Assembly (NCBI RefSeq): GCF_947568905.1
Contig: NC_079170.1
Span: 14,446,001-14,510,000, forward strand
Length of the DNA: 64,000 nt
Source of the DNA: Ostrea edulis
Taxonomy: Eukaryota
Reading direction: 5' to 3'
Part shown: piece by piece, positions 63,553-64,000 of the stretch
Layout of the letters: every line of letters begins with the position of its first letter
Position numbering within the stretch: the first letter of the stretch is position 1
Made by a program: the position numbers and the translations under genes
Notes under the pieces: generated by a model
The model's database searches: none
The model's input: only the letters and a program-made list of their open reading frames with translations
What the model was told of the DNA's origin: nothing

Positions 63553-64000
63553 GCTATTCAGTTCGGCGGATTTGAACCTGACATTGATATCAAAACTGAA
63601 GAACTGGAACAAAGATATCCAAACATTGACTGGGTGTACATGTTACCCTATCAACAGACCTTTTCCGAAACTCCCATTCGAATCGTTAATCCCTCCTTCT
63701 TTCAGACCCTCGACCAGTTATTTAACAGTACAAACGAGGATGTCATCTCCATGTACATTTACACCAAAGCTGTCCTCACAGCTCTTCTGCCTTACGCCCC
63801 ACTGGCAATACGAAAGAGTATGGATGGTATCTACAATAACGATACCAGTGAGCCGTTTTCTACTGGCCATTGTCTGGACTCTACACTTTCCATGTTAAAA
63901 GACGAATTCCACGAGGAATACAGAATAAAATACAGAGATCAAATCGACTTTCAAACATCCTACTATTCAAACCTATCTACAACCATAAAGGAAACATTAA
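63553..64000 (+). CDS. M13 module 2 large exon, truncated by the window end
   Basis: ctttcAG|AIQFGG...LEQRYPNIDWVYMLP...MYIYTKAVLTALLPYAP...GHCLDSTL..., open to base 64000. Paralog of 51670-52402. Confidence 0.88.

Overview
AT-rich, intron-rich animal genomic DNA; the repeat content suggests a bivalve, probably an oyster (inference). No prokaryotic features, CRISPR arrays or intact rRNA/tRNA genes were seen. Left part (minus strand): the first two coding exons of a novel-type protein kinase C delta (C2-like domain; exons 6614-6491 and 1016-820), a long upstream region and a candidate promoter near 33.2 kb. That upstream region holds minisatellites, SINE/MITE copies and a triple-nested transposon stack: a Foldback/Mutator-like element with a 10-bp TSD containing a Helentron-like element, which contains a second one. 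Right part (plus strand, 42397 to the window end): a 20-exon gene reconstructed by hand with consistent GT-AG phases. It encodes a type II membrane protein of more than 1590 aa: long cytoplasmic tail, TM helix, Thr-rich mucin stalk, a complete neprilysin/ECE (M13) fold with the zinc ligands and catalytic Glu replaced (HExxH -> ERVTD), then without a stop a second (PKPTTTTT)n linker and a second M13 module with the same exon structure. This tandem pseudo-neprilysin is the main novelty candidate. Its introns carry many Penelope-like retroelement fragments. Two minimal hammerhead-ribozyme-like motifs lie next to (TA)n tracts.
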